The notes below the pieces were generated by a model. The model searched no databases and had not been told where the DNA came from. It was given only the letters and a program-made list of their open reading frames with translations. The translations under genes and the position numbers were made by a program. Source: a virus. Taken from it: a stretch of DNA of 60,750 nucleotides. Positions 17,968 to 26,697 of this stretch are shown piece by piece (within the stretch, counting starts at the first letter, position 1; the number at the start of each line of letters is the position of its first letter). Where the stretch lies: the IMG/VR virus record IMGVR_UViG_3300045988_100865, positions 1 to 60,750 of that record; one strand, 5' to 3'.

Positions 17968-18820
17968 ACATACTCCTTGAAATGACTATATTATTAGTCT
18001 TAGGTTGTGTCTTCCTAGGATACCTAATCTTACACTTACCTATACTATACTTATAGTAAGATAGCAACATATGACCTACATCATTAATAGTAATGATTCT
18101 TTCTTTGTTATCAGCAAAGGCTTGATCAGCATACCATTCCATAATCTCCTGTGCAAACTCATAGTACTCACTAGCACTAAACCTATCTCCTCCTGTGAGA
18201 ATAAGATACATCTTTCTCATAGTCTCTGTAAAGCCTTTTATAAGATCAATTTCTATATGAAGCTCATTGATATAGGAAATGTCTGTAGCCAAGTTATAAG
18301 CTGTGAAGCTATTGATACCATAAACGTTACACTGTAAGTTATAATATTTAAATATCTCACTACACTTCCATTTATAGAAAAGATCCTCAGGAAGATTATC
18401 AATAAAATCAGCACAGGAAGCTAAGAAGTTTTCTCCTCTACTTAGTCCACTAGCTGGTAGATGGATCACAGAAGACCCATAATTAGGAGCTAACTTAAAC
18501 TTAGATGAATTAAGCTTCTTAGCTATCTTCTCAAGTTCATGTATTGTCACAACATCATTAATGCTAGTAAGCCTTCTGATGTACTTCTCATCACCTATAA
18601 GGCGATATACAAAAACAGTAAGTATTTTATCCCTCACAGGTACTTTTACTGTGTTAAGCGTTCGTATGAACATCTGAGACATATCATCAAGGTACTTAAG
18701 ATTATTAGGTAGATCCATATTATACAGATCTCCTTTAGTCTTATTACCTATACCATATTTATTCTCAAAAGCATCTCTACGCTTTAAAATATAGAGTTTA
18801 AACTCATCAACTTTATTCAT
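17930..18820 (-). CDS. hypothetical protein (296 aa)
   Basis: RBS AAAGGAG upstream. No family assigned with confidence (see findings). Confidence 0.6.
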   Translation of the reverse strand: MNKVDEFKLYILKRRDAFENKYGIGNKTKGDLYNMDLPNNLKYLDDMSQMFIRTLNTVKVPVRDKILTVFVYRLIGDEKYIRRLTSINDVVTIHELEKIAKKLNSSKFKLAPNYGSSVIHLPASGLSRGENFLASCADFIDNLPEDLFYKWKCSEIFKYYNLQCNVYGINSFTAYNLATDISYINELHIEIDLIKGFTETMRKMYLILTGGDRFSASEYYEFAQEIMEWYADQAFADNKERIITINDVGHMLLSYYKYSIGKCKIRYPRKTQPKTNNIVISRSMYEFYKGLSSKTD

Positions 18821-19054
18821 ATTTACTCCTTTAAGAAGCCTAGTTGTCAGGGTATAGTAGAAAATATTGAAAGGTTAATAGTGAGTAATGGATAGGGACA
18901 CAACTAGGCTTTTTAAAAGTGTAAATACCTTATAGAAGGTAGTTAGGTTGAATATATCACTAGCTGGCAATATTCAAATAAAACGCAATCAAAACATAAA
19001 TATAAGGAGACACCTAACTACCTTTTATAAGGTATCCACAAAGGATACCATTAA

Positions 19055-19483
19055 TTACTCTGCATCAGACCAATCATCATCTTCTGCTAATGACCCATCT
19101 TCAGCTTCATCTTCTTCATCCAATGCAAAAATATCATACACATTGAATTGTCGTTTACCTTTATATGGATCACTTTCTTTGATCTCAACTCCCATGTACT
19201 TACCTACAATATCATCTGTGTCAATATTTTCTTCCTTAGGGTCAAGACCTACAGCTTCAATGATCTTGTAAAGCTGTTCTTGTCCATAATTGTTATCACG
19301 GATGAATAGGTTGAACATTGTAAGGTTTTTCCCAAAGTTGCCACGAAGGACAAATTTGTAGAAAATTGCTCCTGTGTTTTTGTTAGTTCCCTGCTCTACA
19401 GATTCTACAAGTACTTCATACTTGCCTGGGGTGTAGATAAATTCACGTACTTCTGGTTCTTTTGGTGTTAATGAAATTTTCAT
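19055..19483 (-). CDS. SSB-like protein with acidic C-terminal tail
   Basis: 142 aa ending ..EEDEAEDGSLAEDDDWSDAE. Lies directly downstream of the Sak4-like ATPase, a common pairing. Assignment is tentative. Confidence 0.45.
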   Translation of the reverse strand: MKISLTPKEPEVREFIYTPGKYEVLVESVEQGTNKNTGAIFYKFVLRGNFGKNLTMFNLFIRDNNYGQEQLYKIIEAVGLDPKEENIDTDDIVGKYMGVEIKESDPYKGKRQFNVYDIFALDEEDEAEDGSLAEDDDWSDAE

Positions 19484-19486
19484 TTT

Positions 19487-20254
19487 TTATTCTCCTTTAG
19501 TTTCTTCTTTTGTTTCTTTTTCTTTAGCTTCCTTAGCTTGAGTTGTTCCATCTGTGTAACCTACAATAGTTTCCCAAGTAGGGTTAGTTACAGTTTCAGG
19601 AATTGCAAGTCCAGGCTTGCGAGTTACTTTTAAGTTGTATGCAGGGTTACCTGACAAGCGTACTTGATAGAAGTCCTTAGTCTTCTTAACACCTTTAACA
19701 ACTTTTGATTTAGTAATGCGCTCTGTGTGTCCAATCACACGGCTTGATGCTGTAAGGTACTTACCAACACTTTCCATCAAGTTAGGGATGATAGATGCTG
19801 GAATATTCTCATCTACAACATCTTCAAGGTTAACTGATTTTTGTTGACAGATAACATATACATTCTTACCTGCATAAGACAATGAAACAAGGTCGTCAAT
19901 AAGTCCTTTAAGGGTAGTTGATGCTTCACCATACATAGGAAGAGTCATTTTCTTACTTGATGCCTCTTCCATGATGTGTTTATAAAGCAACTCTTGGACA
20001 CCTGTGAAGTGATCCACAGCAATGCTATCAAAGTCCTTAGCATAAGTCATAGCTTTCAGTACATCATCCCATGTGTGACATTCTGCTACTGCAAAACGCT
20101 CATCAGGAGATACTGAAGCCAATCCACGGTCAGTATCAATTACCAATACATTCCCTGGGAGTGTGTTGATGAAGGTCGTCTTGGACGATCCTGGCTCACC
20201 ATAGAATGTGGTTAGTGTGTGTAGTTTAATTTTAGTTAGTTTTTGTAATTTCAT
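19487..20254 (-). CDS. Sak4-like RecA-fold ATPase (recombination)
   Basis: Walker A YGEPGSSKTTF near the N-terminus. About 250 aa, the usual size for phage AAA_24/Sak4 proteins. Confidence 0.65.
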   Translation of the reverse strand: MKLQKLTKIKLHTLTTFYGEPGSSKTTFINTLPGNVLVIDTDRGLASVSPDERFAVAECHTWDDVLKAMTYAKDFDSIAVDHFTGVQELLYKHIMEEASSKKMTLPMYGEASTTLKGLIDDLVSLSYAGKNVYVICQQKSVNLEDVVDENIPASIIPNLMESVGKYLTASSRVIGHTERITKSKVVKGVKKTKDFYQVRLSGNPAYNLKVTRKPGLAIPETVTNPTWETIVGYTDGTTQAKEAKEKETKEETKGE

Positions 20255-20260
20255 TTGTTC

Positions 20261-20782
20261 CTACTTTCCTGTGCTTCCATAACCACCACGGTTTTCATTA
20301 CCTAAGTGGTAAACTTCTTTAAAATAAATATTAGGTTGGTTTTCAATAATTCTGAATTGACACAAGCGCTGTCCTTCTTCAATAAGTCCATCACGTGTAG
20401 CATAGAACTTAGCTCCCCAATAGTCTTCATCACCACAGTAAGAGTTATCAATAACTCCTACACCATTTGTGAGAAGCAAGCCTGTGTTTTGAAATAGGCT
20501 TGATCTTGGTGCAATATGAGCTTCATAGTAAGGAGGTAACTCCATAGCTACTCCAAAGTCAACCTGAACTAGATCACCTTTCTTGTAAACAATACTTTTA
20601 GGTGAAGCTAGGTCAATCCAATCACCTTTTGTGAGATACACAAGGTGCGCTACATTGTCTTTATACTTAATTTTAACTGTTTTCTTACTTGTCTTCTCAA
20701 AGAAGTAGTAAAGATCTAAGAGAAAGTTAAGTAGTAGCAAGATAAAAATTAATAATTGTGCGTTAGTCACTTTCATCTCCAT
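20261..20782 (-). CDS. dut: dUTPase with an N-terminal hydrophobic extension
   Basis: Motifs APRSSL, GVIDNSYCGD, RLCQFRI and GGYGSTGK. The N-terminal 30 aa (LLIFILLLLNFLLDLYYFF) are hydrophobic. Confidence 0.85.
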   Translation of the reverse strand: MEMKVTNAQLLIFILLLLNFLLDLYYFFEKTSKKTVKIKYKDNVAHLVYLTKGDWIDLASPKSIVYKKGDLVQVDFGVAMELPPYYEAHIAPRSSLFQNTGLLLTNGVGVIDNSYCGDEDYWGAKFYATRDGLIEEGQRLCQFRIIENQPNIYFKEVYHLGNENRGGYGSTGK

Positions 20783-21152
20783 ATTCTGTTTTAATCAGGT
20801 AGTTAATAGCAATCTCCATATCACTAATAGCTACCTTATATAATTCTTCATGTGTTGTTTGCACAGATGTGTTTACAATGAATCTCTGAGTATCACTCAT
20901 ACTTTCAAGTAACCAATCATATGCAAAGAACTCAGTTTCAGTAAAGTAGAGAGCTTCCTGAGGAGTATTCTTCATTTTATCTAAAAACACAAGAGCCTTT
21001 TTAAGATCCTCTACTCCATTTTTGTCTTTATATCGCCACACATACTTAACAGCAGAAGCTACTAGTGGATTGAGACCAGCTACAATCCAAAAATCCCAGC
21101 ACTCTAGCTTATTACCTGTGTAACGCTTAGGGTTTACAATATCTTCTTTCAT
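20763..21152 (-). CDS. DUF3310-like phage protein
   Basis: ..ECWDFW..GLNPLVASAVKYVWRYKDKNGVEDLKKALVFLDK.. matches the DUF3310 pattern. The start is probably ATG 21152 (the listed ORF begins at TTG 21185). Confidence 0.6.
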   Translation of the reverse strand: MKEDIVNPKRYTGNKLECWDFWIVAGLNPLVASAVKYVWRYKDKNGVEDLKKALVFLDKMKNTPQEALYFTETEFFAYDWLLESMSDTQRFIVNTSVQTTHEELYKVAISDMEIAINYLIKTEYGDESD

Positions 21153-21259
21153 CTTTTCACCATGACATAATGAAGTTCCATACAATAGCTATTAATTTAA
21201 CTGTGATAGCTAGTAAAGCTACTGAGACTACAGCACATCCCATTAGAGATATTAAATCT

Positions 21260-21529
21260 TTAATTTCCTTTAGGAGTTTCATCTGCAAACCTCTTAATAG
21301 CTAGTTTCAACTCATTGCACTCTTCTTCTTTTGTAAGAAGTTCAACATAACGGATAGGTGTAAGTTGTACTGATGTAACTCCATCAATACCTTCAATAAG
21401 TTTTAGTTTTGTACCTTTTATAGTTGTATATTTATCTTCTCTATCCCATTTTCCAATGAAATAACCAATAAACACTGCTAGAAATGCACAAACAACACAT
21501 AAAAAGATACAAGCATCATTAGTAACCAT
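21260..21529 (-). CDS. membrane protein (89 aa)
   Basis: N-terminal TM helix ACIFLCVVCAFLAVFIGYFIG. ATGA-type coupling with the DHFR gene. Confidence 0.55.
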   Translation of the reverse strand: MVTNDACIFLCVVCAFLAVFIGYFIGKWDREDKYTTIKGTKLKLIEGIDGVTSVQLTPIRYVELLTKEEECNELKLAIKRFADETPKGN

Positions 21530-22017
21530 TATTTCACCTTATAATGTTTCACTGTGAAACCATCACCTTTCATTGTAACTACTACATTCTCTTCAGTGAG
21601 CTTATTCTCTAGACCATTATAGTAAGTGTCTCCTTCATACTCACCTTCAACTGTGCTTACAACAGCTTCCTCACACCAAGGCTCAAAAGTCTTATAAGTC
21701 ATAGCTCCACCAATGATCCAAAGATCTAGGCTAGAGTTCTCATAGATATCAATGACTTCTTCTGCTGTGTGAGCAATGTAAACATCTTCATGATCATATC
21801 CTTCAATATCATCATGTGTTGTTAGAACAATATTGTGACGATTCTTTAGTGGTTTACATCCTAATGAGTACCATGTATTTCTACCCATTACAACTATCCC
21901 ACCAGTTGTCTGATTCTTAAAGTAGTTCAGATCCTCTCGGTTATGCCATGGAATCTTTCCTTTACTTCCAATCAAACCATTAGCATCCTGTGCCCAAATG
22001 AACCTAATCATAGCCAT
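21529..22017 (-). CDS. folA: dihydrofolate reductase
   Basis: IWAQDANGLIGSKGKIPWHNREDLNYFKNQTTGGIVVMGRNTWYSL..PLKNRHNIVLT is the canonical DHFR N-terminal signature. Confidence 0.9.
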   Translation of the reverse strand: MAMIRFIWAQDANGLIGSKGKIPWHNREDLNYFKNQTTGGIVVMGRNTWYSLGCKPLKNRHNIVLTTHDDIEGYDHEDVYIAHTAEEVIDIYENSSLDLWIIGGAMTYKTFEPWCEEAVVSTVEGEYEGDTYYNGLENKLTEENVVVTMKGDGFTVKHYKVK

Positions 22018-22074
22018 ACTCCTTTTTGTGTATTATTGGAATTACCCAACAAACTTATTCTATCATTTTAAGGT

Positions 22075-22887
22075 TTAACTGTCAACCCCTTTTTCAAAAT
22101 TTTTTTCGATAAATTCATCTAGATCTTCCATCATCTCACCAATATAGACTTTATAGAGGTAATCATAGGCATCAGGCTTATGTCCACTCTTTCCTGGAAT
22201 GTATAGCTTAAAGTCTGGATTAGATTCAATCATATCTACAAGCTGTACAAACTGCTCAAAGAAGTTCTGTGTACGGTATTCATTATACACAAGACGGATA
22301 GTCTTTCTCTTGTAGTTTCTACCTGTGACCTTAAGCTTAGGGTTCACACAATCAAAGATCATATCACGTACATTGTAACCTAGCTGTGAGTACACATACA
22401 TGTACATGTTTCCTTGTAGGCTATATCTATACTCATCTTCAGTAGGAGCTGTAGAGTGAGTTTTATAGTCAACAATAGTTACAGTTCCATCATCATTCTG
22501 AATAACAGCATCAATGATACCTGTGAACTCATGTCCATTAGGTAGGTCAAAGAATACTTGATGCTCAGTCTCAATGACTTTTTCAAAATCTACAGGCTCA
22601 CCTTCAGAAAGGTAGCGATCAATAGCAAGTTCACCTGATAGCTTAGCTTCCTCAAGAAAACCTGACTCTGCATAGATCTCACGTAGTTTAGCATATAGAT
22701 CTTCCTGAGTCATTTTACCTTTACTTTGTGCTAGAAGCTCCATTCCTCTATGGAAGTATGTTCCACGATCCATGTACTGTGTTACTTCAGGATCTTGTTT
22801 TTCCTTGTAGCCTGCTAGGTATTTACACCAATGCTTCCAAGGATTATCTAAGAATGTCTTTACACGACTTACACTATAAGTTGTCAT
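22075..22887 (-). CDS. PD-(D/E)XK family nuclease (RecB/Cas4-like exonuclease)
   Basis: ..GIIDAVIQNDDGTVTIVDYKT.. fits the D..(D/E)xK core. Confidence 0.65.
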   Translation of the reverse strand: MTTYSVSRVKTFLDNPWKHWCKYLAGYKEKQDPEVTQYMDRGTYFHRGMELLAQSKGKMTQEDLYAKLREIYAESGFLEEAKLSGELAIDRYLSEGEPVDFEKVIETEHQVFFDLPNGHEFTGIIDAVIQNDDGTVTIVDYKTHSTAPTEDEYRYSLQGNMYMYVYSQLGYNVRDMIFDCVNPKLKVTGRNYKRKTIRLVYNEYRTQNFFEQFVQLVDMIESNPDFKLYIPGKSGHKPDAYDYLYKVYIGEMMEDLDEFIEKNFEKGVDS

Positions 22888-23138
22888 TATCCACCTCTAC
22901 TTACCCTATTTTCTAAATAATAAACCATGTCCTTAAATCTCATATCAAGCGAATATACCTTGCTATTAAGCTCCTCATGAGTCTTTTTTAGCTCACCCTT
23001 AAGTTTACCCACCTGATAGTCTAAACGCTCAATTTGAGCCTTCTGTGAGGTCACAGTGGTATAATAGCAGGCGGTCAATAATAGGAAACCAAAAATCAAG
23101 GAATATTTAATAATTTTTTCTATCATAAGGTCTACCAC
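22887..23138 (-). CDS. membrane / coiled-coil protein (83 aa)
   Basis: TM helix YSLIFGFLLLTACYY followed by a coiled-coil-like segment. Confidence 0.5.
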   Translation of the reverse strand: MVDLMIEKIIKYSLIFGFLLLTACYYTTVTSQKAQIERLDYQVGKLKGELKKTHEELNSKVYSLDMRFKDMVYYLENRVSRGG

Positions 23139-23790
23139 TAGGCTTTCTATGTTTGATTAAAAACTTACTATTCTTCACTCCTTGAGGTTTAAAATGAGAA
23201 ACTTTTAACATTTCCTGAGTAATAAATGTACTATATTCAGGGTACTTCTCACTTAATTCCTTTGTGTTATTACTAGTTACTGTATTGATATTTTGCACAA
23301 GAGACCATCCTGTAGAGCCATCATCATTTTTAGTAAGGTAGTATCCATTAGGTAGTTTAATCATATACATGAGATCATCTTTCACTGTTTTCCATTTTCC
23401 TCTAAGGATAGCCTTCACCATACGCTCAAGCTGTTTATTAGTTTCTTCCTTAGATTGTGATCCATTTTTAGTAAGTAGTTGTCTCCAAAAATGATTATCA
23501 CCAGCCTTATCACTATTAAGAGCATAGTTTAAATATGAGATACGATTTACTTTATCAGGAAAAGTTTCAATAGATCCATCTGTGATAAAGTAAGCTTCAT
23601 CTTTTGTAAGTTCAATTAAATCTTCAGGCTTTTTATCCACAAGATTTACAATCTTCTCTTTCACTAAGTTAGGTATTTCACCTCCATGTAAAATCTTATC
23701 AAGATAGTACTGTGAGATACCTAACTCATTACAAAGTTTTGATTTACTTTTAGTTTTTAAAATATCTTCAATAATTTCTTTATAGTTCAT
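23107..23790 (-). CDS. HTH-containing protein
   Basis: ATG 23790 follows AAGGAAA and clears the upstream gene end (the listed start at 23850 overlaps it). HTH-like ..LCNELGISQYYLDKIL... Confidence 0.5.
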   Translation of the reverse strand: MNYKEIIEDILKTKSKSKLCNELGISQYYLDKILHGGEIPNLVKEKIVNLVDKKPEDLIELTKDEAYFITDGSIETFPDKVNRISYLNYALNSDKAGDNHFWRQLLTKNGSQSKEETNKQLERMVKAILRGKWKTVKDDLMYMIKLPNGYYLTKNDDGSTGWSLVQNINTVTSNNTKELSEKYPEYSTFITQEMLKVSHFKPQGVKNSKFLIKHRKPSGRPYDRKNY

Positions 23791-23816
23791 AATTTTCCTT
23801 ACAGGATGGTAATTAC

Positions 23817-24311
23817 TTACCATCCTCCTTTTAATTGGTCTGTTAAGCAAGCACTACAAGGAGTAACCTCATAACCTAAAAACAATGCTAAAACTTGATT
23901 AGTTACACGTGACTGTTCAAGGAAAGCAAACTTATATTTATCATTAGCTAGGTCTACTTGCCAAGCCTCAAAGGCTGTGATTGTAGCCACAAGAACATGT
24001 TTCAGAAGACACCACATATCAGGATTGCCTTTTTCATTTGCTTGTGACTTAAGCAATAGCATAGCATTTCTACGTTCTGCTGTAGTTGATTGTAAGAGCT
24101 GTGTTAGTTGGTATACTTTGTCTCTTGTATCAATAATAGCAATTTTATCTTCCTCAGTTTGAAACTCAGGATTGTCTAGGTTATACCAATATTTAATCTG
24201 ATCCTCATATTTACGAATAAGGATCTCTAAGTGGTATTCACTAGCCCCTAAGTGCATAATGTTAGTAATAATATCTTCAGTGATTCCCACTGAGCTGTCT
24301 TTATTAAGCAT
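23817..24311 (-). CDS. hypothetical protein (164 aa)
   Basis: RBS AGGAGGAGA upstream, co-oriented. Confidence 0.55.
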   Translation of the reverse strand: MLNKDSSVGITEDIITNIMHLGASEYHLEILIRKYEDQIKYWYNLDNPEFQTEEDKIAIIDTRDKVYQLTQLLQSTTAERRNAMLLLKSQANEKGNPDMWCLLKHVLVATITAFEAWQVDLANDKYKFAFLEQSRVTNQVLALFLGYEVTPCSACLTDQLKGGW

Positions 24312-24319
24312 TTCTCCTC

Positions 24320-24478
24320 CTAAAATATGTTATCTAAATCCATTTTATAGCGAATGAAGTAAGTGCTTTTAGTCTTTTTATGCATTTCTTCATAAAACTT
24401 CTCAGCTTCCTCATAAGTGTTAAAAGAATACACTTTCTCTAGCTTACTATCAAAAAGCATTAATACATTATAAGTCAT
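24320..24478 (-). CDS. small hypothetical protein (52 aa; not in the ORF track)
   Basis: ATG 24478 overlaps the upstream stop (ATGA). Reads MTYNVLMLFDSKLEKVYSFNTYEEAEKFYEEMHKKTKSTYFIRYKMDLDNIF. It fills the gap between two genes. Confidence 0.5.
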   Translation of the reverse strand: MTYNVLMLFDSKLEKVYSFNTYEEAEKFYEEMHKKTKSTYFIRYKMDLDNIF

Positions 24479-24969
24479 TCTGAAAAACCATTATCAATAA
24501 TTTCTAGTATCTTTTCCTTTAACCAGTCAGGAACAGCACCATCAATCACAGGATAATGTACAATTCTCCTTTCTATCTGCTTAGGTTCATCAACCATTAC
24601 ATGAGTAAAACAACAAGACTGTGATATATAGTCTGTAACAGTCTTGTAAGCATTACTAAATCTACGGTACATGTAATCTACCTCTTCAGGTAGTCCGTGT
24701 TTAGTCTTAAAGATCAGATCAAAGCTATTCATCTTAGACACAGGTTGCCCATAGTGTTTCCTAATATGTCTCAGACCATTGAAGAAATCATCCATTACAT
24801 ATACAGTACCCCTGATTGAAATAGTATACAAGTCTTCCCAATCATTCTGTTTGTCTATGTAGTGCTCAGGGTCAACCTTAAAAAACATGCGATTAGCCTC
24901 TCTGATCTCTTTATATTCATCAAGCCTGTACGCAGGCTTATCTAAGATTATCATTCTTATCCTCCCCAT
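24475..24969 (-). CDS. hypothetical protein (164 aa)
   Basis: Overlaps the end of the polymerase gene, co-oriented. Confidence 0.55.
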   Translation of the reverse strand: MGRIRMIILDKPAYRLDEYKEIREANRMFFKVDPEHYIDKQNDWEDLYTISIRGTVYVMDDFFNGLRHIRKHYGQPVSKMNSFDLIFKTKHGLPEEVDYMYRRFSNAYKTVTDYISQSCCFTHVMVDEPKQIERRIVHYPVIDGAVPDWLKEKILEIIDNGFSE

Positions 24970-26697
24970 GCTTGTGCAACTTCAGCATCAGCAATAATTG
25001 GTATTGGTACATCAATACCATCAAGAATAGATGGATGCTCCATTGCATACTTCAACTTAGGTACTACTTCATCAACATAATCATCTTTTATCTCAAAGAG
25101 AATAGCATCATGCACAGAACCTAATACAATACATCTATCATGGTCAATTTCTTTACTGAACACAATATCAGCTAAAGCACTAGTACACATGTCTGAAGCA
25201 AAGCCTTGTACTCCTGAGTTTATGGATTGTCTCTCAGCCTGTCCTCTTAGCTTAAAGTTGCTAGAGTTGATGTTAGGCAAGAAGCGTTTACGTCCTATAG
25301 GAGACCATGTATAACCGTTTGCTCTTGCAAACTCCACACAGTTCTTGTGCCATTCTATTAGTGTAGGATATGAATTGAAAAAGTTCTCACGTAGGTGTTC
25401 ACAGTCCTCTAAAGTAAGACTTAATCCATACGATTTCACATAGTCTACGAATGTTTTTGCACTCATTCCGTATAAAAAACCAAAATTACAGCTCTTACTG
25501 TAGGTACGTTTCCTCTTTTGCTCTTGAGGGCTTAACCCTGAAGTATCACCAAATAATAGTGTAGTAGTCTTACTATGTAAGTCACTTCCTGACTGATAGG
25601 CATGTTGCATGTTCTCATCTCCTGAAAAGATAGATGCTACACGCAATTCAACTTGTGATAGGTCACAGTTTCCTTGTATAGATACTTTCCCATTGTGTCT
25701 AATCACTACTGTTCCCTTAGGCATAGTCACACAATATACATCCTGGATAGTAGGCTTGGTAAAATCAACCACTTCACCACTCATGAATGTGTGAGGATCA
25801 TTTCTGTGTCTCTTATAGGAAAGATAATATACACGACTGTGTTTTCCATTAGTGACTTTCTTGTTATGGTCATCAATCCTTATAGTTGACTTTTTACCTT
25901 GAAGATTACACATTAGTTGAACAACCTCAGCAGTTTCTTTCATACAGGTTGTAAACCTTACTGTCTGCTTTCCTCTAGCTACTGTGTAAGTTGCATCCCA
26001 ATATTGTACTTCATCTAAGAAAGCTTTAATATCAAGATTATGAATACAGTTCATTGTAAGCTTCTTATCTCTATCTACAAAACCTTTTAGAAGATGATCT
26101 GTACGCTTACCTATATAGAAGTTGTAATTTACTACCCCATTACTCCTTATAATCTTACTGAATGAATATTCAATTCCTAGCATATTTAAAATATACTTAC
26201 AACGCTCAACCTTTCTCTCTTTGGAGAAGCAGAAAGTTACATAACCTTTCTCAGATTTACTTCCATCTGCTGTAAACATTGCAATATACCTAGACTGAAA
26301 TTCATTAGAAGCTCCATTATGGTAGAAGCCTGCATTAATGAAAGCGTTACCTCTAGAAAACCTTACATCCTTGAACTTATGTTTAGCTACATCATAATCT
26401 TTACCCCACACAGTGAGCATATTATGATTAGCTGTAGCACATAGTGAAGTATGTCTATCCTCATAGGAGAATGTTTCTCTATCCTTATGATGAATATACT
26501 GAAGAGGCTTTTCAAAAGTTATCTCTCTACTTTCTGTATCATACTGAGCTACTTTGAGTGATTTATCTAAAGAATCTAATCTTTGCCATCCTCTTTCAGT
26601 AAGCACTTCTGTATCTCCACTGAAACATTCAAGTATCTTCCATCCAGGTCTAGCTTCAATCAAATTTCTTACATTTTTATCCTGGGGGATCTGCTGT
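24957..26697 (-). CDS. family-A DNA polymerase, exon 2 (contains an in-frame intein)
   Basis: The frame is open upstream of the listed TTG start and reads QQIPQDKNVRNLIEARPGWKILE. After the intein come CDLSQVELRVASIFSGDENM (motif A), RTYSKSCNFGFLYGMS (motif B) and VLGSVHDAILFE (motif C). Confidence 0.85.
25668..26627 (-). mobile_element. intein (320 aa) with a LAGLIDADG-type endonuclease domain, inserted beside the motif A catalytic Asp
   Basis: Starts CFSGDTEVLT (block A). Block B is ..ATANHNML.. (TxxH). DOD-like motifs YIAMFTADGS and AFLDEVQYWDAT. Ends ..VYCVTMPKGTVVIRHNGKVSIQGN, followed by +1 Cys. Flanks rejoin as GWKILE/CDLSQVELR. Confidence 0.8.

Noticed and set aside
18948-19271. Plus-strand ORF 18948..19271.
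   Set aside because: It starts in the intergenic region and runs antisense into the SSB-like gene. The translation is Ser-rich low-complexity, and it has no SD.
21186-21259. A 28-codon hydrophobic mini-ORF (MGCAVVSVALLAITVKLIAIVWNFIMSW) on the minus strand between 21152 and 21260.
   Set aside because: It has no SD, is very short, and overlaps the alternative upstream start of the DUF3310-like gene. It cannot be supported from sequence alone.
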